DNA from: Tubiluchus corallicola
Lineage: Eukaryota; Animalia; Priapulida
Assembly (NCBI GenBank): GCA_030141605.1
Contig: JAQGDQ010001434.1
Span: 1 to 41,357 of the forward strand
Direction of reading: 5' to 3'
Length of the DNA stretch: 41,357 nt
The translations under genes were made by a program, and so were the position numbers. Below the pieces are notes generated by a model, which saw only the letters and a program-made list of their open reading frames with translations, was not told where the DNA came from and ran no database searches. Shown piece after piece: positions 1 to 11,870 of this stretch. The number at the start of each line of letters is the position of its first letter. Positions within the stretch are counted from its first letter, which is position 1.

Positions 1-878
1 TAACTCTTTCCATAATGTATTGGTGTGTACATCGTGGCATGCTTGCATTCGTCTGTAACTCTTTCCATCATTTATTGGTGTGTACATTGTGGCATGCTTG
101 CATTTGTCTGTAACTCTTTCCATAATGTATTGGTGTGTACATCGTGGCATGCTTGCATTCGTCTGTAACTCTTTCCATCATTTATTGGTGTGTACATTGT
201 GGCATGCTTGCATTTGTCTGTAACTCTTTCCATAATGTATTGGTGTGTACATCGTGGCATGCTTGCATTCGTCTGTAACTCTTTCCATCATTTATTGGTG
301 TGTACATTGTGGCATGCTTGCATTTGTCTGTAACTCTTTCCATAATGTATTGGTGTGTACATCGTGGCATGCTTGCATTCGTCTGTAACTCTTTCCATCA
401 TTTATTGGTGTGTACATTGTGGCATGCTTGCATTTGTCTGTAACTCTTTCCATAATGTATTGGTGTGTACATCGTGGCATGCTTGCATTCGTCTGTAACT
501 CTTTCCATCATTTATTGGTGTGTACATTGTGGCATGCTTGCATTTGTCTGTAACTCTTTCCATAATGTATTGGTGTGTACATCGTGGCATGCTTGCATTC
601 GTCTGTAACTCTTTCCATCATTTATTGGTGTGTACATTGTGGCATGCTTGCATTTGTCTGTAACTCTTTCCATAATGTATTGGTGTGTACATCGTGGCAT
701 GCTTGCATTCGTCTGTAACTCTTTCCATCATTTATTGGTGTGTACATTGTGGCATGCTTGCATTTGTCTGTAACTCTTTCCATAATGTATTGGTGTGTAC
801 ATCGTGGCATGCTTGCATTCGTCTGTAACTCTTTCCATCATTTATTGGTGTGTACATTGTGGCATGCTTGCATTTGTC
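1..878. repeat. 55-bp minisatellite arranged as a homogeneous 110-bp dimer (~8 dimers; runs to the window edge)
   Basis: Identical 62-aa ORFs recur every 110 bp; two 55-bp variants alternate. Confidence 0.95.
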
Positions 879-1486
879 GATTAACTAACAGCTTTATAAT
901 AACATCCTCAAAAACTGAACTTTGCACACACGTACAGGAAATTTATACATTTTTGCCAACATGAATCATTTGGAGTGCTTGTTTTTTTTTTGGTGTCGAG
1001 GCAGCATTGTTTCGGTTACTCTTCAAGGATTTTGTTCCCAAACATTATCCCTGACCAGGGCAGATTAAGACCTCAAGAGGCCCTAAGCAGTGAGAAGATC
1101 ATGATACATGCGTAATACTAAAACAATACTAAACTGAAAGTTGAAATTTTGCCTTCCGAAATGAAAAAGGAAATTGCAGTAAGATTTATTTGCACTAAAT
1201 GCTAGGGCATCAGATTTATATTATTTTAAAAGGTGACATTAGACTGAAAATACAGGAACATCTCTAAATCTTATAAAGGCACAGCCATTCAGAATTTGGA
1301 TATGTTTTGGTATATTTTACTTTTGTGTAATTATTCAATTTGAAAACTGCATGGGTCCCCTTTTCCCTGAGGCACTAAACACGTGCTTATTTTGCTCAAT
1401 TGTTAATCCAGGGTACTTCTGACACGGGTTCATTGCTGTTAATGTTTATACGTGTGTGTCCTGTCAAATCTACAGTATGCGCTTAC

Positions 1487-1900
1487 CTGGAATGTAACTC
1501 GAGTGTCCTCATGTCAGGGTCTGGCATGCTGAGGTTTCTTGTTAAATAACAAAGCTTTAGTGGCACATTTTTACTATCGGAGCGAGCGCTTCTTGTCGGA
1601 GTGCCGCCGTGATCTTTTGGCAAGAAAGTGTGCGTGGTGTCCCAGCCGACTTCTGAGAGTATGGTAGTCTTCCTGAAATACGGGGTGACTTCACGGAGGT
1701 ACTTTACCTCCAAGTCTACAATTTTACCGGCTCGCTTTAGTGCTCTCACTGCCTCGTCGTGCGTTGCATCTCTTAAATCCTCTTGATTTACCCTAAGAAT
1801 GGCATCGCCAACGTACAATTGATGGGTCAAGTCAGCTGCCATACCTTTGAAAATTTTACTAATTAATATTGGCATTTTGTTCTCCTTGCCACCCTTGATA
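1487..1900 (-). pseudogene. 5'-truncated duplicate of syntrophin exon 1 (PDZ from IKGG onward) with intact donor site
   Basis: Reverse complement of 3239-3652. It lacks the start codon, PH1a and the GLG loop of the PDZ domain. Confidence 0.85.
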
Positions 1901-2240
1901 TATTTTGCTGAGGCACCAAATTCTGGAAGTTTTCTTTAACTTTTAAGTTTAGCTTAGCATAAATAATAACGTAACGTATGTTTTATTACTTAAAAACTCA
2001 ACAGTTTAATTTATTGAAAAATACTGCCTGAGTTATTTTCCTGTCACACACTACGATTCATTCACAGAGCTCTCTTCCCTCAGCTACACATACTGCCACC
2101 TAGTGAGCCTAAACGATAAAAATGAAATTTCATTCTATTCTTTTCTTTCGTTTCTAGCGACAAACGCAATACAAAAAATATAAAACAGACACATGAGCAC
2201 TGCCTTACAGTCAAGAGCCAATTCAGTGCTCAGTACCCAC

Positions 2241-2440
2241 CTTGGCGCGACCTTGAAAGTTGAAGGTCAACACGTACTCCCCCTTGCGTGTTTCACTCTG
2301 CCGAATAAGGAATACACCGTGCCTGGCATGGCCGCTGTTTAAGACTAGTTGTGCTGCCTCGATGCGTGACAGCGTCCCATGAAACCAGGGATGCATGGAG
2401 AGATCCGAAGAGCTGTTCGTGTGTGTCCTGTGTAGAGTGT
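2241..2440 (-). CDS. SH2B1: SH2B/Lnk exon, N-terminal part of SH2 domain (200 nt, phase 1-0)
   Basis: gttgttgtag|AC...GCCAAG|gtgggt; (D)[66 protein letters not shown], with the WFHG and FLIRQS (FLVRES-type) SH2 motifs. Confidence 0.95.
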
Positions 2441-2543
2441 CTACAACAACAACAAAAAATGTATATAATTACGGTATGAACCAAATTTGAAACAAACTCG
2501 TCAAAAAAGGATATGTGAAAAGAAGTAGATAAAAGTGGTAAAA

Positions 2544-2602
2544 GGCCTGGATTTGAACTAAGGATCTTTCACTTACAAGACGAACACCATGACCACTAGA
2601 TA
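2544..2602 (-). pseudogene. Degenerate tRNA-like sequence (Thr-TGT-like pseudogene or SINE head)
   Basis: Minus strand TCTAGTGGTCATGGTG-TTCGT CTTGTAA GTGAA-AGATCCTTAGTTCAAATCCAGG has an A-box-like segment, an anticodon arm and a B-box (GTTCAAATCC). No clear acceptor stem. Confidence 0.45.
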
Positions 2603-2975
2603 AGATTACTCTGATAATCACCAAATTAGTTTACCAACCTCGAAATGAAGGTTATGCATAAATAAAACACAGGCTTATTACATATAATCTAACGATGCAG
2701 TTAATCAAATCAAGTTTTTATCTTCCACTGTGCAAACCAGCTTCGCTACAAAGACTAAAATATAAAAATGTAACATTTTATACAGCACTGCATTTCGCTG
2801 TGCAATTCAAAGCTTGCTAAACTCGTCTGCAGATGGCAGGACAGCGGTATTTACCCAGCAGCGTTGATCGTTTGTGTACAAATATTGCACGCGCTGTATC
2901 TGACTATCTGCCATCGTAACAAGCTGACAAAGCTGGGAGGGTGTGACGATTAATGTTGTAGTGAACACAATCAAG

Positions 2976-3652
2976 ATGGCTGGATTAGGAGTGGAACGCA
3001 GCGGTTTGTTGGAGGTGTATTGTCGTCAGCAGTGGTACAAGGTATTTGTGACGCTGAACGACGATCATTTCACGTTGGGGCTGGACCAAAAATACGAAGC
3101 AACGACAAACGGTCATGGCGGAGGGGATCTAAACGAAAATGAAGTGTCGCACGGATTCGATCAATTACCAGAAAGCATAGCAAATCAAAAGAGAACTGTG
3201 AGAATCGTGAAACAAGAGAACAATGGCCTGGGCATCAGTATCAAGGGTGGCAAGGAGAACAAAATGCCAATATTAATTAGTAAAATTTTCAAAGGTATGG
3301 CAGCTGACTTGACCCATCAATTGTACGTTGGCGATGCCATTCTTAGGGTAAATCAAGAGGATTTAAGAGATGCAACGCACGACGAGGCAGTGAGAGCACT
3401 AAAGCGAGCCGGTAAAATTGTAGACTTGGAGGTAAAGTACCTCCGTGAAGTCACCCCGTATTTCAGGAAGACTACCATACTCTCAGAAGTCGGCTGGGAC
3501 ACCACGCACACTTTCTTGCCAAAAGATCACGGCGGCACTCCGACAAGAAGCGCTCGCTCCGATAGTAAAAATGTGCCACTAAAGCTTTGTTATTTAACAA
3601 GAAACCTCAGCATGCCAGACCCTGACATGAGGACACTCGAGTTACATTCCAG
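2976..3652 (+). CDS. SNTB1: Syntrophin exon 1 (PH1a, PDZ, start of PH1b)
   Basis: ATG at 2976 in a good context (AAGATGG); PDZ sequence [39 protein letters not shown]...[15 protein letters not shown]; donor AG|GTAAGC after 3652 (phase 2). Confidence 0.93.
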
Positions 3653-4256
3653 GTAAGCGCATACTGTAGATTTGACAGGACACACACGTATAAACATTAA
3701 CAGCAATGAACCCGTGTCAGAAGTACCCTGGATTAACAATTGAGCAAAATAAGCACGTGTTTAGTGCCTCAGGGAAAAAGGGGACCCATGCAGTTTTGAA
3801 ATTGCATAATTACACAAAAGTAAAATATACCAAAACATATTTCTGAATGGCTGTGCCTTTATAAGATTTAGAGATGTTCCTGTATTTTCAGTCTAATGTC
3901 ACTTTTTAAAATAATATAAATCTGATGCCCTAGCATTTAGTGCAAATAAATCTTACTGCAATTTCCTTTTTCATTTCGGAAGGCAAAATTTCAACTTTCA
4001 GTTTAGTATTGTTTTAGTATTACGCATGTATCATGATCTTCTCACTGCTTAGGGCCTCTTGAGGTCTTAATCTGCCCTGGTCAGGGATAATGTTTGGGAA
4101 CAAAATCCTTGAAGAGTAACCGAAACAATGCTGCCTCGACACCAAAAAAAAAACAAGCACTCCAAATGATTCATGTTGGCAAAAATGTATAAATTTCCTG
4201 TACGTGTGTGCAAAGTTCAGTTTTTGAGGATGTTATTATAAAGCTGTTAGTTAATC

Positions 4257-5136
4257 GACAAATGCAAGCATGCCACAATGTACACACCAATAAATGATGG
4301 AAAGAGTTACAGACGAATGCAAGCATGCCACGATGTACACACCAATACATTATGGAAAGAGTTACAGACAAATGCAAGCATGCCACAATGTACACACCAA
4401 TAAATGATGGAAAGAGTTACAGACGAATGCAAGCATGCCACGATGTACACACCAATACATTATGGAAAGAGTTACAGACAAATGCAAGCATGCCACAATG
4501 TACACACCGATAAATGATGGAAAGAGTTACAGACAAATGCAAGCATGCCACAATGTACACACCAAAACATGATGGAAAGAGTTACAGACGAATGCAAGCA
4601 TGCCACAATGTACACACCAATAAATGATGGAAAGAGTTACAGACGAATGCAAGCATGCCACAATGTACACACCAATACATGATGGAAAGAGTTACAGACA
4701 AATGCAAGCATGCCACAATGTACACACCGATAAATGATGGAAAGAGTTACAGACAAATGCAAGCATGCCACAATGTACACACCGATAAATGATGGAAAGA
4801 GTTACAGACAAATGCAAGCATGCCACAATGTACACACCAATACATGATGGAAAGAGTTACAGACAAATGCAAGCATGCCACAATGTACACACCAATACAT
4901 GATGGAAAGAGTTACAGACGAATGCAAGCATGCCACAATGTACACACCAATACATGATGGAAAGAGTTACAGACGAATGCAAGCATGCCACAATGTACAC
5001 ACCAATAAATGATGGAAAGAGTTACAGACGAATGCAAGCATGCCACAATGTACACACCAATACATGATGGAAAGAGTTACAGACAAATGCAAGCATGCCA
5101 CGATGTACACACCAATACATGATGGAAAGAGTTACA
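4257..5136. repeat. 55-bp minisatellite, 16 copies (syntrophin intron 1)
   Basis: Unit GACAAATGCAAGCATGCCACAATGTACACACCAATAAATGATGGAAAGAGTTACA; 880 bp / 55 = 16. Confidence 0.95.
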
Positions 5137-5591
5137 AACTAAAGAAATTGTAACAGGAGCAGCAGTAGCACAATGCTTGAATCAAATTTTATATGTAGCA
5201 CAGTTTTATCAAATCAATCTAGAAGATCAAATTATTGTCATTATTATTAGTTGGCACAAAAAATATGCAGGAACACGAACAGATTTTGTAAGCGCCATCT
5301 GTTTGCATTTTGATCATTACATTTGCTAATTTTCATCAATACTGTAGCAGTAGAAACTGAATTTGATGAAAGCCCGAGGAACACTGCATACCAAGGTATC
5401 GTTCTGTATTTTTCAGCAATTGTATGGCTATTGCGCTAAATCCGAATGCACTTTATGTTCGGAAGCATTTCTGCTAATACCGAAGATAGTTGTTTTCTGT
5501 TAACCCTATAAAAAAACTGAAATGCATACGCCATAACAACTTTTGTTGCAACTTTGGAAAACCTGTCATGATTGGCCTGTTTTACTTCTAG

Positions 5592-5772
5592 TGATGGAAG
5601 ACACTCGTGCATACTTCGCTGTCAAGACGCGGCTGAGGCAAACCTCTGGTTCAACGCAATATATTCAAATCTTAGCATGTTGAATACCCAAGCCACGGAA
5701 GAAGCAAATGTAATGCTCAAAAATGTGCCAGACAGCAGCAGAATCAACCATATGGGTTGGTTATGCGAAAAG
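5592..5772 (+). CDS. SNTB1: Syntrophin exon 2 (end of PH1b, start of PH2)
   Basis: tttacttctag|T GAT GGA... gives (S)DGRHSCILRCQDAAEANLWFNAIYSN...HMGWLCEK; donor AAG|GTATGT (phase 0). Confidence 0.9.
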
Positions 5773-6312
5773 GTATGTATGATCAATTACTAACAAACAC
5801 GTCTTTGTATTATAAACATTAGACATGTATAAAAATCGTGATTGAACTGGGACCTCATTGCTGGCCAACTGTACTAACAACTGCGCTACTGCGCTGAAAA
5901 ACTGTCAAAATAGTTCTTTAAAAAATAGAAACAGATTTCACATAATTATCACAGGGGTGTTTGTAACTGGAATGCCTCCACACATATGCAATATTATGCA
6001 TATCTAGAAATAAGTAATAAAGGTAATAAGTAATAATAAGTAACAAAAAACGAAATAAAAGAGCAGATTAGCTTGATTTCTCTCTTTGCTGCTACAATAT
6101 TTACTGCTTTGGGTAAGTCTTCATTATCACATTGTTCATTGGCAAGTCAATGCAGCATTAGGTATGAAATAGGTTTTAAGAACAACTGTCGTCTGTTAGG
6201 AGTGTACCTTCATCTATGCCCATTTCTAAGAAGTCTACATTGTTAGAACATACTTTGCAAAGGTTACTATATCCACCAAGATATAGTGACCTATATGTCT
6301 CATGCAGTCGCG

Positions 6313-6657
6313 ATATATGGCCTCCAATCCAATTATAATGCTATTTTGATATACCTCTGTGTAAATTAAACATGCACTGTGGTCGTTTCTTCTCCTCTTT
6401 TCCTTCTTCCTATCCCCAATCTTACTATTTTTTTCCGTTCCATCATGTCTACTAACCCTAACCATTCTTTCATTCACTCATTTGTGCCACCTTAACAAGA
6501 CAAGCTTTCAAGGTGTCATACAGCAACTCTTTTATTTGGTTAATTTGACTTCATCAACGTTTTTTTACCTATACTGTTTCTTTTTGTTTCAATAATATTG
6601 TATGTTGATGTATTGTATATGTATTGCTGGAGTGAAATAAATTGATTGATTGATTGA
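6313..6657 (+). mobile_element. Non-LTR retroelement 3' end, copy 1, (ATTG)n tail
   Basis: Highly similar to 39335-39764; both end in AATAAA followed by (TTGA)n. Confidence 0.75.
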
Positions 6658-8052
6658 AGATTGATGAAATTTTTCTTCTTCAGTGTCGTGGATCTGCCCC
6701 TGTACACTTCTATAGCTTCCATTTTGCCATGCTAATTAATACAAATCACCTTGGGCAAGCTTTTTGCAAGTGAAATACAAAGAATGCCACCTTGATATAT
6801 TGCTAGTTACAGTTGAATAGAGTTTATTGCAGCTATAAATACTACTGCAAGAATTAATGAGCTGCATAATTTAATATGTGAAACAAAAAATACTATGCAC
6901 CAATCTCCTGGCTGCAAACCTTTAACAAATAGACTGCCCACGGGGACAGATCTTCAGTTTTGCAAAGCCAATAGCTGCTGTTAGCAACAGCTTGTTCCAA
7001 TTGTTTAAATCTTATATTGGCACTAAGAGCCAGCAAAATTAATGAGGCCAGTTTTTAAGTGCAGTATTGAGTCAGTACCACATTTTACCAAATTTAGTTA
7101 AAGCAATTTCCTTGCATACACAACAAGTTCACCGCCAAGGGTTCCCAAAATAAATACCTATTTTGCTCTGTGTTGAATAAAATCAGCTGTACTTACAAAA
7201 ACGGAAACAAATGCAGTGAATGAGGTCTGGAAGAGAGTTACATTTCAACTAAAGTATTAATATACTTTAAAGGGGAAGAAAAGGGAGTTTCAAAGTTTGT
7301 CTCAACAAGACTTTCCATACAAAGTTATATTATTTAACATTATGCACCCTATTTAAAGAACTCGTAATTAGAAAAGAAAATTATTAGTAAGTTAAAATAT
7401 TTTTGCCAACTGGTAAAATGTCACTGTATCCCAGGGTGTATCTCTGACTCGCCAAAAAAAACATTATTGATCTTATTGACAATATAAAAAAAGTAATTTA
7501 TACTTTTGCTTAGATATCGAAGTTTGTGCTATGACTTGCCTTTAAAATGGTTGCATGTAAGGGTCATAGCAGGGGTTTAAATTTTCAACTTTTATACAGC
7601 ATTGCTGGCAATACAAGCTCTGTGCACAATAAGACAGCATGTACTTGATACAAAATTTCAAGAATTTTTTTAGCTTTGTGTAAGTAAAGTATTTTCCAGA
7701 CTTAATATCGTTACCCAGTATCATAGCACACATGCACTTATTGCTGAAATGTATACAATAAAAAGGAATAATTTTAATATACGAATTTTATAAATGTAAT
7801 GCCAAAAATTATAATTTTTAACAGCCTTTAACACAATAATTTCCTGTGATCATTATAACATGCGGTAAAACTAGTATTTCCCAAAAGATTTACTTGATTT
7901 TTTTCTTCATAAAGGTGTAGCATTCTAATTATTTTTGATTTTAAGTTTTAAATTAAAAGTATTTCGTTCTAAGCAAATTTAATTTTGAAAAAGCATTTAA
8001 AGGTGAATTAAAACAACATCAAAATGCAAATTTTCCAGCTATGCTAGCAATT

Positions 8053-8180
8053 TCAATCAATTCAATTCAATTCAATTTTATTTTCTCAATAGCAGTTAAA
8101 ATTCGTCGTAATTATTTTTACATTTCATTGCAGCTGAGAAGGACCTATTGGTCACTTGGTCAGCTGCCCCTTATTAAAAA
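8053..8180 (-). mobile_element. Probable retroelement 3' tail with (TTGAA)n
   Basis: (TTCAA)n immediately followed by TTTATT (AATAAA on the minus strand). Confidence 0.4.
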
Positions 8181-8758
8181 TACAAGTTTATTCACAGGGT
8201 GATGACATTTTTTAGGTGGTTGTGTATGTATAAAAAGGCAAAAGCAACAAAAATCAACTCAAAGCAGAAATGCAACGCAAAAAAGAAATTAGCTTGGCAT
8301 ACTATGAGGTTAACATACTTCCAAATGACCTTTTGCCATATGCAAATCTCTCGAGAAGAGTGGGCTAATATATCGTATCATTCTAATATAATATTTGCGC
8401 GTAAACAACTCGGCTCACGTTGCCTATTGACGTTAATACAAGATGCCAGGAAGAAGGCTAAATCCAGTTAGGTTAAGCCCATCATTCAATCAACACATGT
8501 GGTATGTGTAGTAAGCAGAAAAGAGGCTCTCGTCTGAGTGTTAGTACACTTTTGGAGGCGATACAGCGGCACGAGGAAAAGTAATTGTCATTCCCTGTTG
8601 AAAGTCAATTGCTGTGATTTGTTTGATTGTTACCTTACTGTCTAACCTTGGACTTGGCTAACAACTGCTAACCATTTTGTCATTGGTCATAAACTACATT
8701 TTACAAAACTACCCCAAAGAGTCTTTTTTCACTAACTAAGAATTATAAATTAGGGAAG

Positions 8759-10071
8759 TGCACTAAAACTTTACCCTTCTTTTTTCTTTGCCAAATTGCG
8801 ACCATGTCTTGAGTGTAACAGATGAACTGCACTAAAACTTTACCCTTCTTTTTTCTTTGCCAAATTGCGACCATGTCTTGAGTGTAACAGATGAACTGCA
8901 CTAAAACGTCATCCTTCTCTTTTCTTTGCCAAATTGTGACCATGTCTTGAGTGTAACAGATGAACTGCACTAAAACGTCATCCTTCTCTTTTCTTTACCA
9001 AATTGTGACCATGTCTTGAGTGTAACAGATGAACTGCACTAAAACATCATCCTTCTCTTTTCTTTGCCAAATTGTGACCATGTCTTGAGTGTAACAGATG
9101 AACTGCATTAAAACTTTACCCTTCTTTTTTCTTTGCCAAATTGTGACCATGTCCTGAGTGTAACAGATGAACTGCACTAAAACCTTATCCTTCTCTTTTC
9201 TTTACCAAATTGTGACCATGTCTTGAGTGTAACAGATGAACTGCATTAAAATGTTATCCTTCTCTTATCTTTGCCAAATTGTGACCATGTCTTGAGTGTA
9301 ACAGATGAACTGCACTAAAACCTTATCCTTCTCTTATCTTTGCCAAATTGCGACCATGTCTTGAGTGTAACAGATGAACTGCACTAAAACTTTACCCTTC
9401 TTTTTTCTTTGCCAAATTGTGACCATGTCTTGAGTGTAACAGATGAACTGCACTAAAACTTTATCCTTCTCTTTTCTTTGCCAAATTGTGACCATGTCTT
9501 GAGTGTAACAGATGAACTGCACTAAAACTTTATCCTTCTCTTATGTTTGCCAAATTGTGATCATGTCTTGAGTGTAACAGATGAACTGCATTAAAACTTT
9601 ATCCGTCTCTTTTCTTTGCCAAATTGTGACCATGTCTTGAGTGTAACAGGTGAACTGCATTAAAACTTTATCCTTCTCTTTTCTTTACCAAATTGTGACC
9701 ATGTCTTGAGTGTAACAGATGAACTGCATTAAAACGTTATCCTTCTCTTTTCTTTGCCAAATTGTGACCATGTCTTGAGTGTAACAGATGAACTGCACTA
9801 AAACGTTATCCTTCTCTTTTCTTTACCAAATTGTGATCATGTCTTGAGTGTAACAGATGAACTGCATTAAAACTTTATCCTTCTCTTTTCTTTACCAAAT
9901 TGTGACCATGTCTTGAGTGTAACAGATGAACTGCATTAAAACGTTATCCTTCTCTTTTCTTTGCCAAATTGTGACCATGTCTTGAGTGTAACAGATGAAC
10001 TGCACTAAAACGTTATCCTTCTCTTTTCTTTACCAAATTGTGACCATGTCTTGAGTGTAACAGATGAACTG
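8759..10071. repeat. 69-bp minisatellite, ~19 copies (syntrophin intron 2)
   Basis: GCACTAAAAC recurs every 69 bp; the spurious ORFs have a 23-aa period. Confidence 0.95.
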
Positions 10072-10219
10072 TATGCGCCATATCAAAATGAAAATTGCCT
10101 CAGCATCTAGTTATTATAATGATTTTCATTCAGCAGAGCCTTTGCTGTTCACAAAATATATTTTCTATTGTGAATTGTGTCTGAACCACTTATAGCACAT
10201 TGAGATTAATGAGTTATCT

Positions 10220-10545
10220 GATGCGAGTTTTTGCTCTGACAGCAAACTAGCAAGTGTGAACTGCTTTGTGAGTTACTGTCGGCAAGAAATTGCAAATTCT
10301 CTGACAGTTGACTATATTCAAGTGTGAACTGCTTTGTGAGTTACTGTCGGCAAGAAATTGCAAATTCTCTGACAGTTGACTTATTGCGTAATGTTAACGC
10401 TTGGTGAGTTACTCTCGACACTTCTGAGAGTCATTTTCAGGTGTCAGCTCACACTTACTGTTGGAGAGTGATTCGTACAAAGTTTTGCTTTCTGGTCTGA
10501 ACATGTTAATGAGTTTGTGAAAACTCGCTAGTGTGAATCTGCTGT
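10220..10545. mobile_element. Degraded DNA-transposon/MITE-like repeat with an internal 68-bp duplication; related sequence at ~11480-11611
   Basis: CAAGTGTGAACTGC...GACAGTTGACT occurs at 10251 and 10319; shared motifs AAAACTCGCT(A/G)GT(G/C)TGAA and CAAGTGTGAACTGC recur at ~11515-11605. Confidence 0.4.
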
Positions 10546-11870
10546 TAAATGTGCTGGTTTCTTATAAGTATCTTACTGATATATAATATGCACAGTCACA
10601 TTGCTTATGCTGTAAATGCTTTTACTGTATGGATACGATGCCCGACAAATTAATAATGCGCATTTGTGCAAGTTACTTAGATTTACAATTTAAAGTAACA
10701 TTCGTTTGCTTTGGCCCTAGTCTAGCAAGTGCAAAAAAGTCATCAGATTTGGGAAACACTCCCATGTACATACAGTGTTGTTTGTGATATGTTCCGTTTA
10801 CAAATACATGCAGTATGGTGCCAAAACTAGCCAGTCTGCAACGGAAGACTTGCCAAAATAAAATAAACTCCACCTGGGGGTATTCGCTTACAAAGAAAGA
10901 AGATTCCCTAAGTAAACATTATGTGAGAAAATACACGTTCAGCTTACATAATTCTGAACTGTGGGCATCTATTTAGTTCTTGTACAGTTCGGCACTCTAT
11001 AAACTATAAACTCAACTATAAAAAGTATCTTAAGAACTTTGAGAGCGTATACATTCTCTATAACTGACAGATGAAACCCTCTAATAGCACTTTTGCCAGC
11101 AAACCACCCACCTATTTACCAACTGGCACACAACGACTTAACTTTTATCTCTAGTGCTCTGACAACTAGCCTTTCTCGACTGAGCTAATTTGTGAATAGG
11201 ACCGAACTGGTAGTTTTTGCACTGTTGAGTTACGCTGCAATTTCATTTACTGCCAAGTGTGTCTGCCAATAGAATAACCATTTCAATACTTTAAAATAAC
11301 TCGTACAAACATGTGAGCTTGGAAATGGATTGCAAGTTTATTTTGTCAGACGGACGGTATATAAACCATGTGTAAAACATGTTGCACATGATGTTTCTCA
11401 GCTGCATTTTACTGCAAATTATAAACATTAAACTAGTAACGAAGAATAACAGAGCCGAGGAACTGTGACAGCACATTGAGACTAGTGAGTTTTCTGTTAT
11501 GCATTTTCTCACTGACAAGTGTGAACTGCATTCTGAGTTGCTGTCAGTTACTTGCAGTTCCGAACATAAGCGAGTTACTTGGCAAAAACTCGCTGGTCTG
11601 AACTCGCTTTTGGCATTGCGCTTGCGTCCCAGAGAAATGAGGTTCAATTCCATGCCACTGCTAGATTTTTGTCTTCCCTTTTTTTAAATTAATTAAATGC
11701 AATTATAGGCCAGTACTGTCCGTGCTTTTGAGCTTAAACTAAACATTGCCATAACTATTTGATATTGGCAGGCATATCATCTTTACTTAGTCACTTCTTG
11801 TACTAAATGCTTTCGATCAAATTTACTTGATTACAGGTAATTATTTAGAGGTGTATTATGACATTTTCAG

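Larger units (their letters stand above)
1..1900 (-). repeat. Inverted duplication of 3239-~5134 (left arm of a large palindrome; spacer 1901-3238)
   Basis: Coordinates mirror each other (sum 5139, then 5135 after a net 4-nt indel). ORF pairs 1483..1875 / 3264..3656 and 740..964 / 4171..4395 translate identically. The junction at 1900/3239 is sharp. Confidence 0.95.

Noticed and set aside
72-964. Repeated 62-aa and 74-aa ORFs
   Set aside because: Products of the 55/110-bp repeat.
2943-2975. GTG start of the 237-aa ORF
   Set aside because: The gene is eukaryotic; the in-frame ATG at 2976 has a good context. The ORF's stop at 3654-3656 lies in the intron.
3723-4079. MITE in syntrophin intron 1 (TTAATCTGCCCTG end)
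   Set aside because: Only one convincing terminus and no TSD, so boundaries are unsupported.
8743-9522. ORFs with a 23-aa period
   Set aside because: 69-bp minisatellite within an intron.
11831-11842. AG|GTAAT recursive-splice-like site 34 nt upstream of syntrophin exon 3
   Set aside because: Weak pyrimidine tract; using it as an acceptor would break the frame; likely chance.
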